Below are positions 20,201-31,188 of a stretch of 64,000 nt of DNA, piece by piece. The notes under the pieces are model-generated. The model was not told the DNA's origin and ran no database searches. It worked only from the letters and a program-made list of their open reading frames with translations. The DNA comes from Alphaproteobacteria bacterium (GTDB taxonomy: Bacteria; Pseudomonadota; Alphaproteobacteria; MPNO01; UBA830). Position 1 is the stretch's first letter, and every line of letters starts with the position of its first letter. Location of the stretch: the NCBI GenBank assembly GCA_965243135.1, contig OZ251539.1:5248001-5312000 (forward strand), given 5' to 3'. The translations under genes were made by a program, and so were the position numbers.

Positions 20201-23200
20201 TGCGGAAGAGTGTAGCAAATCAAGAAACGGCCGCAATCCGCAGCCAGCGCCGCTCGGTCGTCATTCTCCGGCCTAGTGTAGCAAATCAAGAAACGGCCGC
20301 AATCCGCAGCGGGTCGACGATCGGCCCCTAGATGAGCACCAGTGTAGCAAATCAAGAAACGGCCGCAATCCGCAGCGTAGCGGACGTGAACGACCTCGCT
20401 GCGGGGAGTGTAGCAAATCAAGAAACGGCCGCAATCCGCAGCCACGCGCAAGCGTGGGGCATTTTCTTTGCGAGTGTAGCAAATCAAGAAACGGCCGCAA
20501 TCCGCAGCCTTCGAACGTCGGGACGATAGCCGCGTGGAAGTGTAGCAAATCAAGAAACGGCCGCAATCCGCAGCCAGGAGAGGACTCTGGACTCGCCCCG
20601 ACTCAGTGTAGCAAATCAAGAAACGGCCGCAATCCGCAGCATCCGTCGCTGAACGCCCTCGTCCAAATCCAGTGTAGCAAATCAAGAAACGGCCGCAATC
20701 CGCAGCCCCCGCGACGCCTGGGACGTAATGCTGGCGAGTGTAGCAAATCAAGAAACGGCCGCAATCCGCAGCGCAGGCGACGGGCTGGTCCGGGAGAGCC
20801 CGAGTGTAGCAAATCAAGAAACGGCCGCAATCCGCAGCCGAAGCGCCGACACGCCGCTGCCCCACTGCAGTGTAGCAAATCAAGAAACGGCCGCAATCCG
20901 CAGCCCCCGGAACATGGGGAAACTCCTTCCACTGAGTGTAGCAAATCAAGAAACGGCCGCAATCCGCAGCGTGCGGGTGTACGACGACAGCGGCACCGCG
21001 AGTGTAGCAAATCAAGAAACGGCCGCAATCCGCAGCTGCGGAACGCGGCGACCGTTGCCGCCGTTCAGTGTAGCAAATCAAGAAACGGCCGCAATCCGCA
21101 GCTCCAATCGCATGGGGTTGTAGTCGCCGCAAAGTGTAGCAAATCAAGAAACGGCCGCAATCCGCAGCACGGTATCGATGAGGCTACTCGCGTGTTCGAG
21201 TGTAGCAAATCAAGAAACGGCCGCAATCCGCAGCGCGATAACGAACGTTCCGATAATCGCTACGAGTGTAGCAAATCAAGAAACGGCCGCAATCCGCAGC
21301 TCGGCGATCAGTATCTCGGGGCGGATCGTGAGTGTAGCAAATCAAGAAACGGCCGCAATCCGCAGCGACGGCCCGTCGAAGGCCGCGTCGGCCACGAGTG
21401 TAGCAAATCAAGAAACGGCCGCAATCCGCAGCTGCAGGCTGCGATATACGAGCCGGGGATCTAGTGTAGCAAATCAAGAAACGGCCGCAATCCGCAGCTT
21501 GGATAAGAATGTCGAAAGCGTAGGACGAAGTGTAGCAAATCAAGAAACGGCCGCAATCCGCAGCTTTATCTTGAGGGAGTGATCGAAGCCATGAAGTGTA
21601 GCAAATCAAGAAACGGCCGCAATCCGCAGCTTTATCTTGAGGGAGTGATCGAAGCCATGAAGTGTAGCAAATCAAGAAACGGCCGCAATCCGCAGCTCGG
21701 GAACGCCCGTCAACTCGTAGACGTAGAGTGTAGCAAATCAAGAAACGGCCGCAATCCGCAGCGGCGGACGATGCCGGCGATCACGCGCCCGGAGTGTAGC
21801 AAATCAAGAAACGGCCGCAATCCGCAGCCCGCAGCTGGATGGCCATATGGTGAGCGCCAGTGTAGCAAATCAAGAAACGGCCGCAATCCGCAGCTGAGCG
21901 CCTTCACGGGATCTTCCAGTATTCAGTGTAGCAAATCAAGAAACGGCCGCAATCCGCAGCAGATCAGCGACGATCACTATTCGACCTTGAAGTGTAGCAA
22001 ATCAAGAAACGGCCGCAATCCGCAGCGTTGTAGCTATGCTCGTCCTCGCTCGACGGAGTGTAGCAAATCAAGAAACGGCCGCAATCCGCAGCATAACGGA
22101 AGCGGCTGACAACTTGTCCGGAAGTGTAGCAAATCAAGAAACGGCCGCAATCCGCAGCCTATGGACCTTTGCGGTTTTAGAATTGTGAAGTGTAGCAAAT
22201 CAAGAAACGGCCGCAATCCGCAGCCGCCGGTTGCGCCAGATGACTTCGATCCGTAGTGTAGCAAATCAAGAAACGGCCGCAATCCGCAGCGGAGGCTGGT
22301 CAAAGATCAAATCTTGTCCAAGTGTAGCAAATCAAGAAACGGCCGCAATCCGCAGCCGGAAGTGCCCTCCCCATCTCAATCCGATTAGTGTAGCAAATCA
22401 AGAAACGGCCGCAATCCGCAGCGTCCGCAACGGCGACAACGAGGTCGGGCTTAGTGTAGCAAATCAAGAAACGGCCGCAATCCGCAGCCCCTCCGCGCCG
22501 AAGTCCATTCGACCAGGAAGTGTAGCAAATCAAGAAACGGCCGCAATCCGCAGCCCGGGCCTGCGAAGCATCGTTCGCGGATTTAGTGTAGCAAATCAAG
22601 AAACGGCCGCAATCCGCAGCGCCAAGTCGCTTTGGATGAGTTGCTCCATGAGTGTAGCAAATCAAGAAACGGCCGCAATCCGCAGCCTTCCACGGATCGT
22701 CTTTGCGGTCCAGGTCAGTGTAGCAAATCAAGAAACGGCCGCAATCCGCAGCATATGCTTGTCTGCGATTATCTCCCGGATGAGTGTAGCAAATCAAGAA
22801 ACGGCCGCAATCCGCAGCGGGCGGATGTACCGCAACCGTGTCGGCTGAAGTGTAGCAAATCAAGAAACGGCCGCAATCCGCAGCACCTATCCGCTGACGG
22901 TCGGTGACTGCATCAGTGTAGCAAATCAAGAAACGGCCGCAATCCGCAGCGGTGGCTGATTCGCATCCGCCAGAACGGCGAGTGTAGCAAATCAAGAAAC
23001 GGCCGCAATCCGCAGCAGTTGCGCGGCCGGCTGAACGGCGGGGCGAAGTGTAGCAAATCAAGAAACGGCCGCAATCCGCAGCCCCTCCGCGCCGAAGTCC
23101 ATTCGACCAGGAAGTGTAGCAAATCAAGAAACGGCCGCAATCCGCAGCTACAGAGACAAAGAAACAATACAAAATATAAGTGTAGCAAATCAAGAAACGG

Positions 23201-24866
23201 CCGCAATCCGCAGCCCGCTCTCCGGAGCGGCAGCGTAGGCGTCGAGTGTAGCAAATCAAGAAACGGCCGCAATCCGCAGCCCGAAAGCGGCCGCGGGCTT
23301 GCTCCGCCGCAGTGTAGCAAATCAAGAAACGGCCGCAATCCGCAGCGGGCTGCCGTCCGCACCGGCGCCCGGCGACAGTGTAGCAAATCAAGAAACGGCC
23401 GCAATCCGCAGCGCCGAAGGGATGGACGACATGATCGTTCAGAGTGTAGCAAATCAAGAAACGGCCGCAATCCGCAGCTGCTGTCGATTGCAGGCGATGC
23501 CGATACGGAGTGTAGCAAATCAAGAAACGGCCGCAATCCGCAGCCGCGTCGTGGTTCCGAAGAAGCCCCGCATAAGTGTAGCAAATCAAGAAACGGCCGC
23601 AATCCGCAGCGTGGACCGCGTCGCCGACGCCCTGCTGCCGAGTGTAGCAAATCAAGAAACGGCCGCAATCCGCAGCGGAACCGACACGATGTCCACGTTC
23701 GGCGTGAAGTGTAGCAAATCAAGAAACGGCCGCAATCCGCAGCCTCTCCTGTAAATCGCGACGGCCGCATGAAGTGTAGCAAATCAAGAAACGGCCGCAA
23801 TCCGCAGCCCGAAGCGTGAAGGGAGCGTCGGCGTGATCAGTGTAGCAAATCAAGAAACGGCCGCAATCCGCAGCTGAGGTGACGCAGAGCGCCCGGTGGC
23901 CGGAAGTGTAGCAAATCAAGAAACGGCCGCAATCCGCAGCTTTCCGGATCCATTGATCTTGAATCGCGTTAGTGTAGCAAATCAAGAAACGGCCGCAATC
24001 CGCAGCCGCGGCCTTCAGCAGCTGTGCTACCTCGGGAGTGTAGCAAATCAAGAAACGGCCGCAATCCGCAGCCCGGATTGATGCAGAAGCATGGACTGAT
24101 CGAGTGTAGCAAATCAAGAAACGGCCGCAATCCGCAGCAATGCGCTTACATCTATCGCGGCTTCCATGAGTGTAGCAAATCAAGAAACGGCCGCAATCCG
24201 CAGCGTATCCCTCTCACTGAAATTAGAGAGGTATAGTGTAGCAAATCAAGAAACGGCCGCAATCCGCAGCTGTTTGTTCACTTCCATCATGTTCAGCACG
24301 AAGTGTAGCAAATCAAGAAACGGCCGCAATCCGCAGCTGTTTGTTCACTTCCATCATGTTCAGCACGAAGTGTAGCAAATCAAGAAACGGCCGCAATCCG
24401 CAGCGGGGCAATCGCAAGTGCGTTCGCCGTCCGCAGTGTAGCAAATCAAGAAACGGCCGCAATCCGCAGCGAAGCGATCGGCAAGCTCGAAACCGCCTTA
24501 AGTGTAGCAAATCAAGAAACGGCCGCAATCCGCAGCTACCGGAAAGCGTAGCTCCCCAACTCGTCGAGTGTAGCAAATCAAGAAACGGCCGCAATCCGCA
24601 GCAGTGCGCTCGTGCGGATTGAACACCCAGAAAGTGTAGCAAATCAAGAAACGGCCGCAATCCGCAGCAGTGCGCTCGTGCGGATTGAACACCCAGAAAG
24701 TGTAGCAAATCAAGAAACGGCCGCAATCCGCAGCGGAACCCCGGCAGGTACAGGTTGTGGTGGAAGTGTAGCAAATCAAGAAACGGCCGCAATCCGCAGC
24801 TTGATTTCGAACGGCCGACGACGGAAGGCGAGTGTAGAAAATCAAGAATCGAATATTTTTTCGCGG
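17243..24866 (-). CRISPR. Type II-C array, about 116 repeats and 115 spacers (mostly 30 nt)
   Basis: 36-nt repeat AGTGTAGCAAATCAAGAAACGGCCGCAATCCGCAGC with period 66; degenerate last copy at 24831. The minus-strand repeat ends in the extended -10-like TGCTACACT and is the strand that pairs with the tracrRNA. Confidence 0.97.
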
Positions 24867-25179
24867 TGGCGCTCGCCGTTCGAGAATTCGGGAGTGTGGC
24901 GCTAAGGCTGCCCCGTGTCGCCCTGTCTTCACGCCGAGACGCCCGGACGCGGAACGGTTATGTCGGCGAGCGGCGCGAGGCCGGGAGAACCACATCCGTA
25001 GTCACATGCTACGGGATGAGCAGGCTCCGAATCATGAGAGTTTGGCAAGATAGGTCGTTTCGCGGCAGCGCGAGTTCAATGATTTAAGTGTCCACTCGAA
25101 AACGCTCTATCGGTTCTCAATTTTCCTGCAATGACGCGTGAACACGCATTAAAATCGGAAGAGAACCGTCAGAGGCCGA

Positions 25180-26178
25180 TCAGGCGGCGGCATCGTCGGC
25201 CGAATCGGCCGCGAATTTCAGTTCAAGCTGTCCCAGGCCGAACACGGTTCCCTTTCCGGCGTGAACCCATTTTCCGGCCGCCAGAAGCGGCCACAGCGCT
25301 CCGGCGCCGCGCTGCAGGTCAAGCGATCCGGTGACTCCGTGCAGGTCCATTTCGCGCTGCTGGGAACCCGACCAGCGAACGAAATCGGCCCGATTGCCCT
25401 GCCATGTCATCGATTCGGTCTGCTTCGCGGCGGCGATCACGGAATCCAACAGCGTCCCGTCGATGCCTTCGCCGCCTGCCAGCGAGGCCAGACGCCGCAG
25501 CGACGCGACCGCGATGTCCGTGAAGGTCGGGCGCTCCATCAGTTTGCCGCGTCTCAGAATTCTGAGCGGAGCGCGGAATTTCAGGCGAATGGCGGCTTCG
25601 CCCGAAATCTTCGGACGCAAGGCTTCGGCGGCTTCCCGCAGGGCCCACCGCTGGTCCGCGGAGGTCATCGCCGCATTCGCATCGAGCGAACGAACCTCCC
25701 TGATCGCAAAGGGGTCCCGATCGGCTCCCAGACCCATTCCTGACGCCACGTCCCAAGCGCGCACCAGGGATCCTTCGAAACGACCGGCTTCTCCGATCAG
25801 TATCCAGTCCACTGCCGGTGCGAAGCTTGGGTCCGAGGGCGCCGGTCGGATCATGTACAACGGTGTTCGTTCCGAATAGCCTTCCCTTTGGCCCTCGAAT
25901 ACCCGCTCGTACGCGGTCGCATCGAGATGCCTGAGGGCGCGACCCCATACGCCCCTTACCATGGGTCCCGTCGCCCGGACCTTGCCGGTATCGAGCCGCA
26001 TGCGACGCGGAATGACCCGGATCTGCCCGAGCAGGTTTAGCAGCTCCTCTTCCAGATGCACTCGCTTTCCCTTTCGACTGTTGTTCCTCACGTTTGGGAG
26101 CCCGGCCGCCGTTTGCGTCCGTCGCGACCATCTCTTGCCGGAGAGGAACGGCGCCGTCCGTCCGGTCGAGTTTTCCAA
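25180..26178 (-). CDS. cas6: Cas6 endoribonuclease (start TTG 26178 or GTG 26061)
   Basis: MVRGVWGRAL, LKFRAPLR, RWSGSQ, and the C-terminal glycine loop HAGKGTVFGLG. Confidence 0.88.
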   Translation of the reverse strand: MENSTGRTAPFLSGKRWSRRTQTAAGLPNVRNNSRKGKRVHLEEELLNLLGQIRVIPRRMRLDTGKVRATGPMVRGVWGRALRHLDATAYERVFEGQREGYSERTPLYMIRPAPSDPSFAPAVDWILIGEAGRFEGSLVRAWDVASGMGLGADRDPFAIREVRSLDANAAMTSADQRWALREAAEALRPKISGEAAIRLKFRAPLRILRRGKLMERPTFTDIAVASLRRLASLAGGEGIDGTLLDSVIAAAKQTESMTWQGNRADFVRWSGSQQREMDLHGVTGSLDLQRGAGALWPLLAAGKWVHAGKGTVFGLGQLELKFAADSADDAAA

Positions 26179-26290
26179 CCGTGTCGCCGCCTCCTTTTGC
26201 TTCGGCGACTCTCGCGGTTATCATAAAGGCCATAACGACTTGACGGTACTTTGCCGGGCGAGACGCGCGGTTTATTCGGAGCCAGTATCG

Positions 26291-28864
26291 ATGACATCAA
26301 TCCGGCCGGTCGATTGGGAACGGCTCCTGCTGGTTTTCATGCATGATCCGGTGGACAAGGCGCTGGACGTCGAGAGCCGCGAAAGCCGCGCCGCGCGCTA
26401 CGCGTCGACCGCTCTGGAGCGGCAGGTCGACCGGAACGAGATGGAGTCGGCGGCGGCGCTCGAGGCGCAGCTCGCGGCGATCGCGGAGCGACCGTCGATG
26501 CCGACCGCTGGATCGGACGGAAAGCGCGCGGGCGCTCCCGTCGACGGCCGGTTGCAGATACGTCACCCCGTCAGCGGCGAAAAGGAAGAAATCCATTGCG
26601 GTTCGATAGACGAAGCCGGAGTGGATAAGGTGATTGCGGGAATCGTCGGTGGCCTCGGATCCCCCAAGGAGCGATTTCTCGCCCTCTGGCGCCTTCTTCC
26701 CGAAAGGCTCGACGAGGCGTTCGACGGCCGGATGACGCGGTTGCCGGCCGATACGCGCATTCCGGATCATTCCTGGATCGACCATGCCGATATCGCCGCC
26801 GGAATCTGGGCGAGCCGCGAGCAGGGCGGGCAGGGAGGAGCCTATCTCACTTTTGCGCTGGGACCGGTGCAACCGTTCATCGAAGCGGCCCGTTCGGTGC
26901 GCGACCTCTGGACCGGCAGCGCCATTCTCTCGTGGCTTTCCTTCGCCGCCATGCGGCCGATTCTGGATCTGTTGGGGCCGACTGCGTTCGTTTATCCGGC
27001 GCTGCGCGGCAATCCGCTCATGGATCTGTGGTTGCGTAACGATCTCGGGCTGGATCGCATCCGCTCGCCCGAGCACGTCGCCCGGAAGAGTCCTTCGCTG
27101 CCGAACCGCTTTATCGCCGTCGTTCCCTGGGGGTCGGACGGCGCTCTTGCCGACGAGCTGGCCGAGCGTTGCGAGGCTTCTTCGCGAGCGGCATGGACGC
27201 GGTTGGCCGACGACGTGCGCGGGCGGCTGGCGAAGACGTTGGAGGAAATCTCTCCGGGGTGGGACAGTCTGTGGACATCGCAGGTTGGAGATTTCTTCGA
27301 TATCGCGACCACGACGGTGCCGGAGCAGGCTCTCGACGACGATGCGATGGCGAGGCTTATGAGCGGAACGTCGTTCGGGGAAACATGGCCTGAGTGCGCG
27401 GCGATACGGTCGCTCGCCACGGCCATTCCGTCGGGTGACCGCGCTGCGCAGAATTCAGCCGGCCGTTGGCAGGCGCGAATGGAATTCTCGGCGCGTCTGA
27501 CGGAAGCGAGACGATCCATTCGCCACGTGCCGGGTTCCGCGGGGCGCGCCGGGGACAAATCGCCGCCCAAATGCAGCCTGTTCGGTTCATGGGAACAGAT
27601 GGGTCCCGCGGATTTCGATCAATCGGGGCGTTTCTGGCAGGAGGTTGCCGGCAAGCTTTCGCTTGACGGCGTCAGGTTGCGCTCGAACGAGAGGTTCTGC
27701 GCAGTCGCGCTTGCCAAACGCTTCTCCGGCCCGGCCGTGCTTGCGGACGAATTCGGCCTTGACCGCCTGTCGCTGCGTTTTCCCGATACGGCGACGATCG
27801 CCGCCGCGGAATGGTTGAACGAGGCCGGCATCGACCCCGACGAAATTCGAAGGCGGTACGGCGACTGGAGCGGGCGCTGGCTGCACGGTTTCGACGACGA
27901 GGACAAGCCTCCGCCGGAGGCGGAAGCTCTGATCGCAAACGCTTTGCGCGAGCTACGCCCGAAGCGGCCGGCCTCGTATCTCGCGATCCTCAAAATGGAC
28001 GGAGACGACATAGGCAGCTGGTTGCGGGGCGACTTTTCTCCGAAGCTGCGTGACGTCCTTCATCCAGAGATCGAAAATTATTTTCAAGCGCTTGGCGACG
28101 CGGGCGTTCAGGGTCTCGACGCTCGCCGGCCTGTCGATCCCGCGTTGCATGCGTCGATCAGCGCCGCGCTGGGAGATTTTGCGGCGCGCGTCGCCCCGGC
28201 AATCGTGAAACGGCACAACGGGACGCTCATATACTCCGGAGGCGACGACCTCCTCGCTCTGTTGCCGACAATTCGGGCCACGCGATGCGCCGAGGAACTG
28301 CGACGGGCGTTTCGGGGCGAAGCCGCGCCCGACTGCGGAAGGGGCATGGGATCCAAGGCGACGGTTTCGGTTGGAATATCCTACGTCCACCACATGGAAG
28401 ACCTTCGGTTGGCGCTCCGGTCCGCAAGAGATGCGGAACGTCGGGCAAAGGAGGACGGGAAGGACGCCGTCAACCTGCATTTCATGCGGCGGTCCGGGGA
28501 GCAGGCGGGCGCTACGTTGCCTTGGCCGCTCGCTTCCTGGTTCACGGAATTGACGGAGTTGTTCGCAACCGGGGCGACCGATCGGTGGGCGTATCATCTG
28601 AGGGCGGAGTTGCCGGTGCTCGCGACGGGCGATCTGCCCTGCGAAGCGGTGGCCGCCGAGATTCGGCGGCTCGGCAATCGAATCGACGATCGGAACTGGT
28701 CGAGCTACGCCAAGAGCTCCCGGCCGGGAGAGTTGATCGCGAACTGGTGGCGCGAATATCGAGACGCTCTTTCGCCCCGAAACCTGGGTCTCGAACGGAC
28801 GCTCGTTTCGTTCGTGACCTTATGCCAGGGCGCCGCTTTCGTCGCCCGGGGACGAGAGGGTTGA
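26291..28864 (+). CDS. cmr2: Cas10/Cmr2
   Basis: MHDP, PADTRIPDHS, GPVQPFIEAARSVRDLWTGS, KMDGD, IYSGGDD. Confidence 0.95.
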   Translation: MTSIRPVDWERLLLVFMHDPVDKALDVESRESRAARYASTALERQVDRNEMESAAALEAQLAAIAERPSMPTAGSDGKRAGAPVDGRLQIRHPVSGEKEEIHCGSIDEAGVDKVIAGIVGGLGSPKERFLALWRLLPERLDEAFDGRMTRLPADTRIPDHSWIDHADIAAGIWASREQGGQGGAYLTFALGPVQPFIEAARSVRDLWTGSAILSWLSFAAMRPILDLLGPTAFVYPALRGNPLMDLWLRNDLGLDRIRSPEHVARKSPSLPNRFIAVVPWGSDGALADELAERCEASSRAAWTRLADDVRGRLAKTLEEISPGWDSLWTSQVGDFFDIATTTVPEQALDDDAMARLMSGTSFGETWPECAAIRSLATAIPSGDRAAQNSAGRWQARMEFSARLTEARRSIRHVPGSAGRAGDKSPPKCSLFGSWEQMGPADFDQSGRFWQEVAGKLSLDGVRLRSNERFCAVALAKRFSGPAVLADEFGLDRLSLRFPDTATIAAAEWLNEAGIDPDEIRRRYGDWSGRWLHGFDDEDKPPPEAEALIANALRELRPKRPASYLAILKMDGDDIGSWLRGDFSPKLRDVLHPEIENYFQALGDAGVQGLDARRPVDPALHASISAALGDFAARVAPAIVKRHNGTLIYSGGDDLLALLPTIRATRCAEELRRAFRGEAAPDCGRGMGSKATVSVGISYVHHMEDLRLALRSARDAERRAKEDGKDAVNLHFMRRSGEQAGATLPWPLASWFTELTELFATGATDRWAYHLRAELPVLATGDLPCEAVAAEIRRLGNRIDDRNWSSYAKSSRPGELIANWWREYRDALSPRNLGLERTLVSFVTLCQGAAFVARGREG

Positions 28865-28865
28865 C

Positions 28866-29921
28866 GTGACGAATACGCTGTCTCTGCGAATCGAACCGCT
28901 CGACACGCTCTTCTTCAGGGATGCGCGTCCCTTCGACGCGTCGTCGAGAGCCTCTTCCGGTCTGCCGAAGCCGCAAACGGTCGCAGGAGCTCTGCGTACC
29001 GCGATGCTCCAGTCGGCCGGAGTGGATCTTGGGGAGGTCGCCGCCGCCGTGCGAGCCGGACAAACCTTTCGAGACGCTGCCGCGGTCGGAGGCTCGATCG
29101 GCAAGGCTATCGGCGAGGTCGGGTTTCGCGGCCCGTGGTTTGGCCGAGATGGAGAAATCCTGTATCCGGCGCCGGCCACGCTTCGGCAAGAGCGCGACAG
29201 CGGCAAGTTCGTTCGTCTCGATCCGATCGGCGCGGATCTTCCCGGTTGGAAACCCGCGGAAACCGGCATGTTGCCGCTCTGGTACAGGGGCCGGGCCCGT
29301 CTGAACAACGCTTCGGGTTATCTGAGGGCAAGCGACATGCTTCGGTTTCTCGACGGAGACCTGCCGGAGGCGGTCGTTCCCGAGGCCGAGCTCTTCGCAT
29401 ATCACGACCGAACCGGAATCGGGCTGGATGCGGAACGCGCCGTCGCAGCCGACGGCATGATCTACTCGGTGCGCCTGCTCGAGCTGTGCAGCGGCGTTTG
29501 CCTCCATGTCGAAATGACGGGCGCCGAAGAAGCGCTTGGCTTGTTTGCGCCTGAGGGCCAGCTCGTACCGCTCGGCGGCGAGGGCCGCAGGGCCGTGGTT
29601 ACCCCGGGACCGCAAGACACTCCGGAAGCCCAGCCTGCTTCTACGTCCGACCGGCGCCTCGTCGTGCTGACCACTCCCGCTCCGCTGGATGGCTGGAAAC
29701 TCCAGGGATCAAGACTTCTCTCGGCGGCGGTTCCGGGTTACGAAGCGGTGTCCGGTTGGGATTTGGCTCGCGGCGGGCCGAAACCCAATCGTTTTTCGGT
29801 GCCCGCCGGTTCCGTCTATTTTATGGAACCCGGCGCTTCCCCGGCGCATCCCCTCGTCGATCCGGAAGATGCCGCGGTCGGCTGGGGCAGTTATCTCGAA
29901 GGAACCTGGAATCATGTCTAA
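28866..29921 (+). CDS. cmr3: Cmr3 (Cas5 group)
   Basis: EPLDTLFFRDARPF, LGGEGR, SGWDLA, VPAGSVY. Confidence 0.93.
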   Translation: MTNTLSLRIEPLDTLFFRDARPFDASSRASSGLPKPQTVAGALRTAMLQSAGVDLGEVAAAVRAGQTFRDAAAVGGSIGKAIGEVGFRGPWFGRDGEILYPAPATLRQERDSGKFVRLDPIGADLPGWKPAETGMLPLWYRGRARLNNASGYLRASDMLRFLDGDLPEAVVPEAELFAYHDRTGIGLDAERAVAADGMIYSVRLLELCSGVCLHVEMTGAEEALGLFAPEGQLVPLGGEGRRAVVTPGPQDTPEAQPASTSDRRLVVLTTPAPLDGWKLQGSRLLSAAVPGYEAVSGWDLARGGPKPNRFSVPAGSVYFMEPGASPAHPLVDPEDAAVGWGSYLEGTWNHV

Positions 29922-30801
29922 CTCCGCATTGTTGTTCATTCACTGCCTGACGGGGCTTCACCCCGGCAGCGGCACGGCGCTGGGCGTCGTCGATCTGCCG
30001 GTTCAACGGGAACGCCATACGCAGTGGCCTATCGTCCCCGGATCTTCGCTGAAAGGCGTGCTCAGGGCTTCCTGTTCCGCAAAGCTGGACGACCGGCAGA
30101 ACGAGGACTTGCTCGCGGCTTTCGGTCCAGAAACGGGTTCGGCGAGCGATCACGCGGGGGCGCTTTCGATTTCGGACGCGCGCATACTGGCCTTCCCGGT
30201 GCGGTCCCTGAAAGGCGTTTTCGCCTGGACGACCTGTCCGGCGGCGTTGTCGCGGCTCCGCCGCGACGTCGAGCTGGCCGGAGGGACAGGCGTTCCCGAC
30301 ATTCCCGCCGTCGGGTCGAATACGGCGGTTTGCTCCGGCGGGAGTCCCCTGCTGGTCGGCGGCGACAAATTGATGCTCGAAGAATTCGAGTTCGATAAAG
30401 CCGACGGAGACGCCTCCGAGGTCGCAAACTGGATCGCGATGCAGGCCGTTCGGGATCATGCGACCGCCGATCGACTGAAATCGCATCTCGCCATCCTGGA
30501 TGACGACGATTTCTGCCATTTCGTTCGTCACGCGACCGAAGTGACGGCTCGCATCGGTCTCGATTACGAGACGAAGACGGTGCGCAGCGGGGCCCTGTTC
30601 TACGAAGAGTTCCTGCCGCCGGAAACGCTATTCTACAGTCTGGTGACGGCGGAACGCAGCCGGAGTTCGAAACGGATGAGTTCAGGCGAGATTCTCTCGT
30701 GGCTGCAAGAGAACGTTCGGCCGACCTTGCAGATCGGCGGCGGCGAAAGCGTCGGAAAGGGAGTATGCGCCGTGCGCTTCGCTCCCGGGGGGACGGAGTG
30801 A
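29914..30801 (+). CDS. cmr4: Cmr4 (Cas7 group)
   Basis: LHPGSG, VDLPVQRERHT (catalytic Asp present), PGSSLKG, QIGGGESVGKG. Confidence 0.95.
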   Translation: MSNSALLFIHCLTGLHPGSGTALGVVDLPVQRERHTQWPIVPGSSLKGVLRASCSAKLDDRQNEDLLAAFGPETGSASDHAGALSISDARILAFPVRSLKGVFAWTTCPAALSRLRRDVELAGGTGVPDIPAVGSNTAVCSGGSPLLVGGDKLMLEEFEFDKADGDASEVANWIAMQAVRDHATADRLKSHLAILDDDDFCHFVRHATEVTARIGLDYETKTVRSGALFYEEFLPPETLFYSLVTAERSRSSKRMSSGEILSWLQENVRPTLQIGGGESVGKGVCAVRFAPGGTE

Positions 30802-31181
30802 TGGAGCGCACACCGACTTTGGCGCAGCGGCGGGCGCGTCATGCCTGGCATGCCGTCGAGCGCGCCCGAGCGTCGCTCGGCAAGTCCGAGTCCGAAGACT
30901 ACGCTCGCGAGGCCAAGAGATTGCCCGTGCGAATCATGACTTCGGGCCTCGGGCAGACGCTTGCCTTCATGAAGGCGAAAGAAAGCAAGGGAGGGGAGCG
31001 CCTCAGGGACGATTTGGAGAACTGGTTGCTGGTGGAGCGCAAGTTCGGCGGCAAGAACCTCATGACGACGATCATCGAAGGCGACGCGGATCTTTTGCGC
31101 CGGGCGACCGAAGAGGCGCAAGCCTACCTGCAATGGTTGACCCGGTTTGCCGAGGCCGAAATCCGCGTCGACAGCGAATAG
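30801..31181 (+). CDS. cmr5: Cmr5 (Cas11)
   Basis: TLAQRRA, LPVRIMTSGLGQTLAF, ATEEAQAYLQWLTRFAEA. Confidence 0.92.
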   Translation: MERTPTLAQRRARHAWHAVERARASLGKSESEDYAREAKRLPVRIMTSGLGQTLAFMKAKESKGGERLRDDLENWLLVERKFGGKNLMTTIIEGDADLLRRATEEAQAYLQWLTRFAEAEIRVDSE

Positions 31182-31188
31182 GAATCCG

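Noticed and set aside
17222-25087. Many repetitive ORFs across the arrays (also 36338-39964 and 54099-59260)
   Set aside because: Translations of CRISPR repeats, not genes.
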